A program made the position numbers and the translations under genes. A stretch of 64,000 nucleotides of DNA from an uncultured Defluviitaleaceae bacterium (GTDB lineage: Bacteria; Bacillota; Clostridia; Lachnospirales; WRBF01): assembly GCA_964492715.1 (NCBI GenBank), contig CAZBLK010000002.1:66896-130895 (forward strand), read 5' to 3'. A model generated the notes under the pieces. That model made no database searches. It saw nothing but the letters and a program-made list of their open reading frames with translations, and was not told the origin of the DNA. Positions 26,870 to 34,799 of this stretch are shown one piece after another; position 1 is the stretch's first letter, and every line of letters begins with the position of its first letter.

Positions 26870-27556
26870 ATGAAGGAAAACCTCCATGCAGGCCACCGCC
26901 AGCGTGTTCGTGAAAAATTTATGCAATCGGGGCTAGATTCATTTAACGACGTTCAAATTGTGGAGCTTCTTCTTTTTTACTGTGTTCCTAGGCGTGACAC
27001 AAACGAGCTTGCGCACATTTTGCTAAACGAGTTTGGAACACTGCATAACTTGCTTGAAGCCGACCCTTTAGACATTATGCGGCGCACAGGTTTAAGCGAG
27101 TCTGCGGCTGTTTTTCTTTCTTTAATTCCGCAGGTTACTATGCGCTACTCAAAAAGCAAGTGGGACAAGCGCCAGTGCATAGACACTTCAAAAAAAGCTG
27201 GGGAATATGCTGTTTCTTTGTATTATGGCAAAACGGTTGAATGTTTTTACTTAATTTGCCTTGATAAACAGCAAAACTTAATTCATGCCGAGCTTATGAA
27301 CAAAGGCACAACAGACGCTGCACCTGTTTACCCACGGCAAATTGTTGAAGTAGCTTTAAAACACCGTGCAAGCTATGTGCTTATTACACACAACCACCCA
27401 GGCGGAAGCCTAGAGCCTTCACATGACGACATTGTTGCAACTAAAAAAATTATTAAAGCGTTAAAGACCGTTGACATTTTTGTCATTGACCACATTATTG
27501 TTGCAGGCGAAGCGTATTTAAGCTTTTCTGAAAAAAAGATATTTCCAAAGGATTAA
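26870..27556 (+). CDS. radC: RadC-like JAB/MPN domain protein
   Basis: 228 aa. N-terminal HhH-like region (GHRQRVREKF) and the JAMM motif HNHPGGSLEPSHDD. Confidence 0.9.
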   Translation: MKENLHAGHRQRVREKFMQSGLDSFNDVQIVELLLFYCVPRRDTNELAHILLNEFGTLHNLLEADPLDIMRRTGLSESAAVFLSLIPQVTMRYSKSKWDKRQCIDTSKKAGEYAVSLYYGKTVECFYLICLDKQQNLIHAELMNKGTTDAAPVYPRQIVEVALKHRASYVLITHNHPGGSLEPSHDDIVATKKIIKALKTVDIFVIDHIIVAGEAYLSFSEKKIFPKD

Positions 27557-27576
27557 ATAAAAACATTAGTTTTTTA

Positions 27577-27740
27577 AGAGCCTGTTCAGAATCTCCTTTT
27601 GAAGTATTTTTGAGATAATTTTTTGTTCTGCAAGGAAGTGCCGACGACGCATATTCGCAGAATATATGCTAGGAGGCACTGACTATGCAGAACGGAAAAT
27701 TAGCCAAAAATGCAAATAATTGAGATTCTGAACAGGCTCT
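27577..27740 (+). repeat. MITE-like 164-bp palindromic element, copy A
   Basis: 18-bp perfect TIRs AGAGCCTGTTCAGAATCT / AGATTCTGAACAGGCTCT. Nested internal inverted repeats (GTTCTGCA..TGCAGAAC and AGTGCC..GGCACT). Nearly identical to 32927-33089. Confidence 0.85.
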
Positions 27741-27945
27741 AAGAGGTGAAGTTGGTTCAATTTTACTATGATTATTGTATACTTCATTTCCTGTCAAACA
27801 CTATTCTTCAAATAAGTTGGTCCATAATAGAAATTTATAAATAAAAAATTTTTCTGTGTAAAGAATGTCTTACATAAAATGGTATAATATAAGCACTGTT
27901 TTAAAATATTTGTGTAAAAGGCCGTGTTGAAGGGGGAGTCTGTTT

Positions 27946-30165
27946 ATGATTAGGCTTTTGCAAAAAATGAAAATTAACGTTAGGTTGCTTCTAGGGTTTG
28001 GAATTTTAATTATTTTAATTGTAATAATGTCCTCGACATCAATTAATAACATAAATTTAATTGCAAAACAAACAGAAAACTATGCGCAACGTACATATCC
28101 AAACTCAAACAAGCTTTGGACAATTAGGAGAGACTTGGTTTCTACTCAAAGATACATACTTCAAGGAACAATTGCTTCTCACACAACAGAGGTTAGAACG
28201 CTTTTTTCAAAAGCGAAGGCAGACTTGGACGAAAGTGTTTCTACTGTTCAAGAATTAATGAAAACAGAAGCACAGCTTCAAGAAGGGCTTGCTAAAGTAG
28301 AAGTTGCGCTTAAATCACTTTACCCTATTTTGGAAAAAATTCAAAATTTTTGCGAAGGCGGAACGCCGACATACGCCATAGCTTCGTTTAACAACGAGTT
28401 TGTTGGGGCGTTTAACAAGGCTAACGAAGCTGTTTTAGAAATTTATAACATTCAAGTTGATAATGCTGCTTTGCAGGAACAAATTTCGGATAATGTAAAA
28501 AATTCTTCAATTATTCTCATTGTTGGGCTTTCGCTTGTTTGCTTGGTTTTTTCGGTTGTTATTTCGCTTGTTATAACAAGAAGCATTACAAAGCCGCTTA
28601 ATGAAGCCGAAAAAAGCGCAAGAGAAGTTGCAAACGGAAATTTGGGTGTAAACATTCGTGTAACAACAAACGACGAAATTGGTGCGCTTGTTAAGTCGTT
28701 CATTCAAGTGCGTGACGTTTTCCGTACTCTTGTAGACAAAATAGTTGATTTGGCAGAAGACTTTGACAAAGGTGACATTGACGTACGCATTTCAGAAGAC
28801 GAGTTTAAAGGCGACTTTAAACATGCGGCAAGCGAAGTAAACATGATGGTTGATGGAATTATTAAAGACAACCTTTCAATTGTTGAATGTTTAAATTGGT
28901 TTGAGCATGGGCACTTTGACATTAATATTAAGCCTATGCCTGGCAAAAAAGCTGTTGCAAGCAAGGCGCTTGAAACATTGCAGTCAAACCTGCTGACTGT
29001 AAGCGGCGACTTGTCACACCTTATAGATGCGGCAATTGAAGGAAGGCTTGACGCAAGCTTAGATACCAGTAAGTATGAAGGCGACTGGCAAAAGCTTGCG
29101 CTTGGGCTTAACAAGCTTCTTAAAGTTATAAACGAGCCGATTGCAGAAGCCAACAATATGCTTGAGGAGTTATCTGAGGGGCACTTCGATGTACACGTAA
29201 GCAAAGGCTACAAAGGCAGCTTTGCGGTGATGATGGACTCTTTTGAAAAAATGGTTAAAACTGTTGGGTTGTATATTGATGAAATTACAACTACGCTTGA
29301 CACAATTGCTTCTGGCGACTTTAGGCAAGGCATTTCAAGGGAATATGTAGGGCAGTTTAGCAACATAAAAACTTCAATAAACAGCATAGTTGACACTATG
29401 AAAGTGACGATTACAGAAATTCGCTCTGCTTCGGAAAATGTGCTTTTGGGCGCACAGCAAATTTCTGGCACGTCCATGAACTTGGCTAGCAGTGCTTCGA
29501 CACAGGCACTTTCGCTTGATAAGTTGAACTATTCAATTTCGGCTATAAATGAGCAAACGTCGGCTAGTGCAGACAAGGCTAAAAATGCAAACGAGCTTTC
29601 GCAACATGCAATTGAAAACGCACAAAGCGGAAACAAAGAAATGTTTAAAATGCTTAAATCAATGGACGACATTAAAGAGTCGTCACGGAACATTTCAAAA
29701 ATCATTAAAGTAATTGACGACATTGCTTTCCAAACGAACTTGCTTGCGCTTAACGCTTCTGTTGAAGCGGCTCGTGCAGGGCAGCACGGCAAAGGGTTTG
29801 CTGTTGTTGCAGAGGAAGTTCGCTCGCTTGCAGGGCGCAGCCAAACTGCCGCCAGGGAAACTTCTGAATTAATTGAAGACACTATTAGAAAGGTGAATGA
29901 CGGAACAAAAATTGCACAGCTTACAGCAGAGGGGCTTTCTGCAATTGTTTCTTCAACTGATAGTATTACTGAAATTATTGCTGAAATATTTAACTCTGCA
30001 CAGCAGCAAGCAAGCGGAATTTCTCAGCTTGCTATAGGCATTAACCAAGTGTCGAACGTTGTACAGGAAACGTCGTCTACTTCAGAAGAAACGGCGGCTG
30101 CTGCCGAAGAACTTAACGGGCAGTCTGATATTTTGGCTAGAATGGTTGGACAGTTTAAAGTTTGA
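27946..30165 (+). CDS. Methyl-accepting chemotaxis protein with a 4-helix-bundle sensor and a poly-HAMP array
   Basis: 739-aa ORF with a GGGGGAG RBS and two TM helices. HAMP domain ([20 protein letters not shown]) followed by about 5 HAMP-like units (GDIDVRI, GHFDINI, GRLDASL, GHFDVHV, GDFRQGI). Conserved signalling hairpin [37 protein letters not shown]. Confidence 0.9.
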   Translation: MIRLLQKMKINVRLLLGFGILIILIVIMSSTSINNINLIAKQTENYAQRTYPNSNKLWTIRRDLVSTQRYILQGTIASHTTEVRTLFSKAKADLDESVSTVQELMKTEAQLQEGLAKVEVALKSLYPILEKIQNFCEGGTPTYAIASFNNEFVGAFNKANEAVLEIYNIQVDNAALQEQISDNVKNSSIILIVGLSLVCLVFSVVISLVITRSITKPLNEAEKSAREVANGNLGVNIRVTTNDEIGALVKSFIQVRDVFRTLVDKIVDLAEDFDKGDIDVRISEDEFKGDFKHAASEVNMMVDGIIKDNLSIVECLNWFEHGHFDINIKPMPGKKAVASKALETLQSNLLTVSGDLSHLIDAAIEGRLDASLDTSKYEGDWQKLALGLNKLLKVINEPIAEANNMLEELSEGHFDVHVSKGYKGSFAVMMDSFEKMVKTVGLYIDEITTTLDTIASGDFRQGISREYVGQFSNIKTSINSIVDTMKVTITEIRSASENVLLGAQQISGTSMNLASSASTQALSLDKLNYSISAINEQTSASADKAKNANELSQHAIENAQSGNKEMFKMLKSMDDIKESSRNISKIIKVIDDIAFQTNLLALNASVEAARAGQHGKGFAVVAEEVRSLAGRSQTAARETSELIEDTIRKVNDGTKIAQLTAEGLSAIVSSTDSITEIIAEIFNSAQQQASGISQLAIGINQVSNVVQETSSTSEETAAAAEELNGQSDILARMVGQFKV

Positions 30166-30178
30166 TGCTGTGGTTTTT

Positions 30179-30206
30179 CCCCGCTTTTACAGCGGGGATT
30201 TTTTTG
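30179..30206 (+). terminator. Intrinsic terminator of the MCP gene
   Basis: CCCCGCT-tttac-AGCGGGG followed by ATTTTTTT. Confidence 0.8.
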
Positions 30207-30313
30207 TGTTAAGAAAGCTGAATATAGCAATTTGAGTTTTTGTAGTCACCAATCCATTGATTTTTTATGGCAAACTGGTAAACATCTTTATCAAATTTAT
30301 TTTTGACAACTAC

Positions 30314-30366
30314 TTGACAATACACCTACACTGTGTTAATGTAACTATACAAACAACATGTAGGTG
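30314..30366 (+). promoter_or_regulatory. blaI-like promoter with overlapping TACA/TGTA operator dyads
   Basis: TTGACA (30314-30319), 17-nt spacer, TAATGT (30337-30342). Dyads CACCTACA (30323-30330) / TGTAGGTG (30359-30366) and TGTAactaTACA (30340-30351). Confidence 0.5.
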
Positions 30367-30387
30367 AAGTTGAAATGGAGGTGTGGT

Positions 30388-30771
30388 ATGAGTATAATTC
30401 AACAAATATCAGATTCGGAGCTTGAAATTATGAGGGTTGTTTGGCAAAACGGCTCGGCGTTGTTTGCGCAAATTATGGCTGCGTTAAGTGAAAAAGAAAT
30501 GAACTGGAAGCCTAATACAGTTTTAACTTTTTTGGCTAGACTTAACGAAAAAGGGTTTTTAAAAATTGTTAAGCATGGAAGGCTAAACGAGTACGTTGCG
30601 CTTATTTCAGAACAGCAGTACCTTGCAGGGCAAACGCAAACATTTATTCACAAAGTTTATGGGGGAAATGCAAAAGGGCTTGTTGCTTCACTTTTAAAGC
30701 TTGACTACATTTCGTCAAACGACATTGACGAGCTAAAACAATTTTGGGAGGGTGCTGACATAAATGAATAA
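30388..30771 (+). CDS. BlaI/MecI/CopY family winged-helix repressor
   Basis: 127 aa from the ATG at 30388, with a GGAGGTG RBS. SDSELEIMRVVW...TVLTFLARLNEKGFL pattern. Overlaps the downstream M56 gene by 8 nt. Confidence 0.85.
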   Translation: MSIIQQISDSELEIMRVVWQNGSALFAQIMAALSEKEMNWKPNTVLTFLARLNEKGFLKIVKHGRLNEYVALISEQQYLAGQTQTFIHKVYGGNAKGLVASLLKLDYISSNDIDELKQFWEGADINE

Positions 30772-32911
30772 TTTACTAAGTTTGTATTTGTCGCTTTCTG
30801 TTCAAGGCGGAATTATTGCGCTTCTCATTTTTGCCGTGAAAAAGTTGTTTAAAGACATGCTTTCTATGACTTGGCAGTATTATATTTGGCTTGTTGTGCT
30901 TGTTCGGCTTTTAGTTCCGTTTTCTGTTGAGGTTGGTTTGCCTTTTGAGGCTGCACCGTTTGTAGGTGTGAACAATGTTGGAGTAAATAATTTTACATGG
31001 GTAAACCGTGATACCAAGATAAATTATATTGATACTGAAGTGGAAGAAACAATCGTTAATACTTCAGTTGAAGCTGAACAAAAAAACAAGAAAAATAGCA
31101 GCAGTATATCCACTTATTTAACTGAAATTAAGAGTAGCCTTTGGATTTTTTGGCTTGTCATTGCAGCAATGCTTCTTGTTAGAAAAGTTACAAGCTATAA
31201 AAGTTTTGTTAGGTATATAAAGGCTGGGGCGTCAAAAGTTGATAGCCCGTTTATACTTGACACGTACTACAAAGCTTTTGATGAGGCTGGTGTTAAGCCG
31301 ATTGGGCTTTATATAAACAAGCTTGTTTCTTCGCCAATGCTTGTTGGGTTGTTTCGCCCGATAATTGTTATTCCGCAAGTGCAAATGGGCGAAAAAGAGC
31401 TTTTAAACATTTTTAACCATGAACTAATGCACTTTAAACGTTTTGACATTTTTTACAAATGGCTTGGGCAAATTGCACTTTGCTTACATTGGTTTAACCC
31501 TGTTGTTTATTTTGTAAACAAAGAAATTGGCAAATGCTGTGAGCTTTCTTGTGATGAAGCTATAATAAAAAAGCTTGACAGAGAAGGGAAAAAAGGTTAC
31601 GGCGATACACTTTTAGCGACAATTCAGTTTAATGGAAGCTACGGAGACTCTGTTGCTTCAGTTACTTTAAACGAGGACGCAAGCCTTCTTAGAGAAAGGC
31701 TTGGCGCAATTATGAAGTTTAAAAAGAGTTCTCGGCTTGTTGTTTTTTGCTCTTTGGTTGTTGCTGCTTTGTTTGTTTTTGGAGCGGCTGTAAAAGGTGT
31801 TTATGCAAAGCCTGTTGTTGGGACAACAGTTGAAGCTGTTAAAGTACCTCAAGCTGCAACTAGCAATTCTGCTTCAGAAAGTTATTCTGGGGCGGCAAAC
31901 AACACTGCGCCAGTTGCTACAGAGCAGAAGTTTAATTACCCTACAACTTATATCAATAACAGAGAAAGAACAACTCTGACGAAGGGATTTTTTATCAACA
32001 AATACTTTGTTTCATTAATGATATTTGACCAATCAATATCTAAAGATTTGGCAACAAAGCTTTCAAATTTTACAACAATTAGAGGTTTTAATGTTGCTTT
32101 TAATAATAACACAAAAAGCTTTGCAACAAATGCAGATGTGCTTGAAGTTTTAGAGGCTGTTCCTTTAGACAGAGAGTTTGAAGAATGGAAGTTGTCTATG
32201 CAAGAGCCGATTTTACTAGTTGCAAAAGTTGACGGTCCGTATAATGAAACAGCAGATGAATTGGCGCAAAAGTTTTACGAGGAAGGCAACCTACCTAACT
32301 TTTCAAACGTTGTGCCGTATATAGGTGAGGAAAAGCTGGCTGGGCTTTTAAAGCGTGCATACAAAGACAAAGACTTATCGTCGTTTAGTATTTTGTCTGG
32401 GTATGTTACAAATGAAGCTTTTATTGAGCAGCTTGCGCAGACGGCATATGATGAAAATTACATAAATTTCTTTTCGGTGTTTGCCTATAGGTTGGGTGCT
32501 GCAAAAAAAATAGAACTTGCAGAAACGGCTTACAATGACAAAAACATAAACCTTTTTTCAGTGCTGGCGCAATATTTAAGTAATCCAAAGAAGGCAGAGC
32601 TTGCACAAAGGGCATATGACGAGAAAAACACAAGCTTCTTCTCGGTTCTTTCAAATAGCTTGAACCAGGAAAAGCTTGCTGAATTTTTAAGGCATTCGTA
32701 TAACGAAAAAAACACGACATTTTTCAGCATAATGGCAGAAAAAATTTCCGACCAAGCGTTAATTGACGAACTTGGCGAAAATGCGTACAATGATAAGCAA
32801 GTTAGCTTTCTTGCAATTATTTCTGGCGAATTGAGCAGTGCAAAGCACGAAGAACTTTTAAGCCGTGCAATAAAGGAGAAACAAACTTCTTTGATGAATG
32901 TACTGGAATAG
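30764..32911 (+). CDS. BlaR1-like M56 metallopeptidase signal transducer with a novel repeat-containing extracytoplasmic domain
   Basis: 715-aa ORF. TM helices, the zinc motif HELMHFKR, a further TM (LVVFCSLVVAALFVFGAAV), then about 350 aa ending in roughly seven 29-aa repeats (AYxxKNxxFFSVLxxxLxxxxxxELAxx). No penicillin-binding motif seen. Confidence 0.8.
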   Translation: MNNLLSLYLSLSVQGGIIALLIFAVKKLFKDMLSMTWQYYIWLVVLVRLLVPFSVEVGLPFEAAPFVGVNNVGVNNFTWVNRDTKINYIDTEVEETIVNTSVEAEQKNKKNSSSISTYLTEIKSSLWIFWLVIAAMLLVRKVTSYKSFVRYIKAGASKVDSPFILDTYYKAFDEAGVKPIGLYINKLVSSPMLVGLFRPIIVIPQVQMGEKELLNIFNHELMHFKRFDIFYKWLGQIALCLHWFNPVVYFVNKEIGKCCELSCDEAIIKKLDREGKKGYGDTLLATIQFNGSYGDSVASVTLNEDASLLRERLGAIMKFKKSSRLVVFCSLVVAALFVFGAAVKGVYAKPVVGTTVEAVKVPQAATSNSASESYSGAANNTAPVATEQKFNYPTTYINNRERTTLTKGFFINKYFVSLMIFDQSISKDLATKLSNFTTIRGFNVAFNNNTKSFATNADVLEVLEAVPLDREFEEWKLSMQEPILLVAKVDGPYNETADELAQKFYEEGNLPNFSNVVPYIGEEKLAGLLKRAYKDKDLSSFSILSGYVTNEAFIEQLAQTAYDENYINFFSVFAYRLGAAKKIELAETAYNDKNINLFSVLAQYLSNPKKAELAQRAYDEKNTSFFSVLSNSLNQEKLAEFLRHSYNEKNTTFFSIMAEKISDQALIDELGENAYNDKQVSFLAIISGELSSAKHEELLSRAIKEKQTSLMNVLE

Positions 32912-32926
32912 GGGTTGGAAATAGTT

Positions 32927-33089
32927 AGAGCCTTTCAGAAGCTTGCTTTTGAAGCATTTTTGAGATAATTTTTTGTTCTGCAAGGAAGTGCCGACGACGC
33001 ATTTTCGCAGAATATATGCTAGGAGGCACTGACGATGCAGAACGGAAAATTAGCCAAAAATGGAAATAATGGATATTCTGAACAGGCTC
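32927..33089 (+). repeat. MITE-like 164-bp palindromic element, copy B (same orientation as copy A)
   Basis: Aligns with 27577-27740 over its whole length with a handful of substitutions. The left TIR is degraded (AGAGCCTTTCAGAAGCT). Confidence 0.85.
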
Positions 33090-33421
33090 ATAGAGTGGTT
33101 TTTAATATTTTCTTGTTTAATAATGCTTGCATTGGGGGTGGTGGGCTGCACAAAAAGTGCACGCCTGAACATATGATTAAAAACAAAGCGTACACATATG
33201 ACGGAAAAAAACTTGAAAATGTTGTTTCTTATTCACCTTACGATGAGGAGTACAACAAAAGTCTAAAAGAAAAGTAAAAGCTTGAACAACTGAAGAAAAA
33301 AACTTCGATAATGTTAGTTCCTAATGGTTCTAAAGAGCCGAAAATATTCCAAATAAAAAACCCAATTAATGTTGACGTTTATACTAATTCGGCTTCAGGG
33401 TTTTACACAGTAGCAATTTAG
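33069..33421 (+). pseudogene. Decayed small lipoprotein gene (frameshift plus in-frame stop)
   Basis: The frame starting at ATG 33069 gives MDILNRLIEWFLIFSCLIMLALGVVGC, a signal peptide with lipobox, then stops at 33174-33176. The reading continues in another frame (TPEHMIKNKAYTYDGKKLENVVSYSPYDEEYNKSLKEK), hits TAA at 33275-33277, and stays open in that frame to TAG at 33419-33421. Confidence 0.4.
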
Positions 33422-33488
33422 ATTTTTAATGATATTAGCAGAGGGAAGCCAGACGCCTAGTCGCTTGGTGTTTTTTACCGATAGATAA
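33422..33488. repeat. Conserved 65-nt element (copy 2 of 2)
   Basis: ATTTTTAATGATATTAGCAGAGGGAAGCCAGACGCCTAGTCGCTTGGTGTTTTTTACCGATAGATAA aligns with 3440-3505. Confidence 0.6.
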
Positions 33489-33574
33489 ATTAAAACAGAG
33501 AGCTAAAAAAGGCTTTCTTTTTTAATTGGTAATTTTTATGATATAATTGTATCTATATAACAATTTAAGTTTTT

Positions 33575-33651
33575 ATGGTCACCAATCAATTTTACGGCTA
33601 AAATATCTAGTGCTTCAATGATTTTTTGACGCAAAATTGATTGGTGACCAT
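33575..33651. repeat. Long perfect inverted repeat upstream of the nitroreductase gene
   Basis: 19-bp arms ATGGTCACCAATCAATTTT (33575-33593) and AAAATTGATTGGTGACCAT (33633-33651) with a 39-nt spacer. A related half-site, GTCACCAATCCATTGATT, lies at 30245-30262. Confidence 0.7.
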
Positions 33652-33697
33652 GTTATTCAAATTTAGATAAAATATAAAGTAAAGGAATGGTTTATTT

Positions 33698-34426
33698 ATG
33701 AACGATATTATAAAAAGTTTGCACGACAGAAAGTCTGTCCGTGTGTTTTTGCCAAAAGAAATTGGAGCCGAAGAAAAAAGGGAAATTTTGCTTGCGGCAA
33801 TGGCTGCGCCAACAGCAGGCAACCAACAGCTTTACACAATTATTGACGTAACAGACCAAGAACTTAAAGAAAAGCTTGCCGTAACGTGCGACAATCAGCC
33901 GTTTATTGCAAAAGCTCATCTTGTTTTAATTTTTTGTGCAGACTGTCAAAAGTGGTACGATGCTTACATTGAGGGCGGTTGTAAGCCACGCAAGCCAGCC
34001 GTTGGCGACTTAATGCTTGCTGTGTCTGATGCAAACATTGCGGCGCAAAACGCCGTTGTTGCGGCAGAAAGCCTTGGAATTGGCTCGTGCTACATTGGCG
34101 ACATTATGGAGCTTTGCGAAGAACACCGCACGCTTTTAAACTTGCCTGAATATGTTTTTCCTGCGGCTATGCTTGTTTTTGGCTACCCAACAGAGCAGCA
34201 GCAAAACCGTGAAAAGCCTAAGCGGAGTGAGCTTGAATATATTGTGCATGAAAATGGGTATAAGCGAATGGACGGAGAGAAGCTTAGGGGTATGCTTAAA
34301 AACAGCACTAAGGAAAAGGGTTTTGAAGATTGGATTAAGGCGTTTTGTGAACGGAAGTATAATTCCGAGTTTGCAAGGGAGATGTCACGGTCGGTTGGGG
34401 TTTATTTGAAGGGGTTTGAGGGGTAG
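33698..34426 (+). CDS. Nitroreductase family protein
   Basis: 242-aa ORF. RKSVRVF...AAMAAPTAGNQQ and IGSCYIG motifs typical of FMN nitroreductases. Confidence 0.8.
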   Translation: MNDIIKSLHDRKSVRVFLPKEIGAEEKREILLAAMAAPTAGNQQLYTIIDVTDQELKEKLAVTCDNQPFIAKAHLVLIFCADCQKWYDAYIEGGCKPRKPAVGDLMLAVSDANIAAQNAVVAAESLGIGSCYIGDIMELCEEHRTLLNLPEYVFPAAMLVFGYPTEQQQNREKPKRSELEYIVHENGYKRMDGEKLRGMLKNSTKEKGFEDWIKAFCERKYNSEFAREMSRSVGVYLKGFEG

Positions 34427-34592
34427 AATTAGAAATTCTAGGAAACAACGATAGAAGCGAATTGTTTTTACAACGTTTGAACATTATAATACAATGAAGC
34501 ATATATCCATTATTTTTGGAATTGATGTAGTGGTTTATTATGTATATTAGTGTCAAAATTTTAAAAAAAAATTACAAAGTTCGACAAATATA

Positions 34593-34622
34593 TTGACACA
34601 AAGGCACTATGTAAAGTATATT
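34593..34622 (+). promoter_or_regulatory. Promoter of the type III TA locus
   Basis: TTGACA (34593-34598), 18-nt spacer, TATATT (34617-34622). Confidence 0.55.
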
Positions 34623-34649
34623 ATTAGTGTAAATGTAAATAATTTTATT

Positions 34650-34762
34650 AGGCACTTGTGCCTCTTAGTTCGCTTGTCGTATGCGACTAATAAATAGGCG
34701 ACTTGCTTGTGATTGTCGCTTGCCTGTTGCGACTAATAAGATACAGGCTGGAAATGATTTTT
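34650..34762 (+). ncRNA. Candidate type III antitoxin RNA: 2.3 tandem repeats of 46-47 nt (CptI/ToxI-like)
   Basis: R1 (34650-34695): AGGCACTTGTGCCTCTTAGTTCGCTTGTCGTATGCGACTAATAAAT. R2 (34696-34742): AGGCGACTTGCTTGTGATTGTCGCTTGCCTGTTGCGACTAATAAGAT. A partial R3 follows. The repeats lie between a promoter and a terminator, immediately 5' of the toxin gene. Confidence 0.7.
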
Positions 34763-34787
34763 GCCCCTCGTAAGAGGGGTTTTTTTA
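34763..34787 (+). terminator. Intrinsic terminator separating the antitoxin repeats from the toxin ORF
   Basis: CCCCTC-gtaa-GAGGGG followed by T7, ending 13 nt before the toxin ATG and overlapping the approach to its GGAG RBS. Confidence 0.8.
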
Positions 34788-34799
34788 CAGGAGAACGTT

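Noticed and set aside
28704-29204. Long antisense ORFs inside well-supported genes, for example 28704-29204 (166 aa), 44765-45379 (204 aa), 45648-46301 (217 aa), 10663-11205 (180 aa), 8175-8648 (157 aa) and 37974-38471 (165 aa)
   Set aside because: Each lies fully within a gene on the opposite strand (or in another frame) that has strong family motifs. They have no RBSs and Ser/Leu/Cys-rich composition typical of antisense frames.
33035-33277. 80-aa plus-strand ORF from the track
   Set aside because: Its ATG and first 18 codons are inside MITE copy B; the same ATG in copy A runs only 15 codons before a stop. I reinterpreted the region as a frameshifted lipoprotein pseudogene.
34650-34762. 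Possible mini-CRISPR array
   Set aside because: There are only about 2.3 directly abutting repeats with no spacers and no cas genes. The terminator-plus-toxin context fits a type III antitoxin instead. No CRISPR-like array was seen elsewhere in the window.
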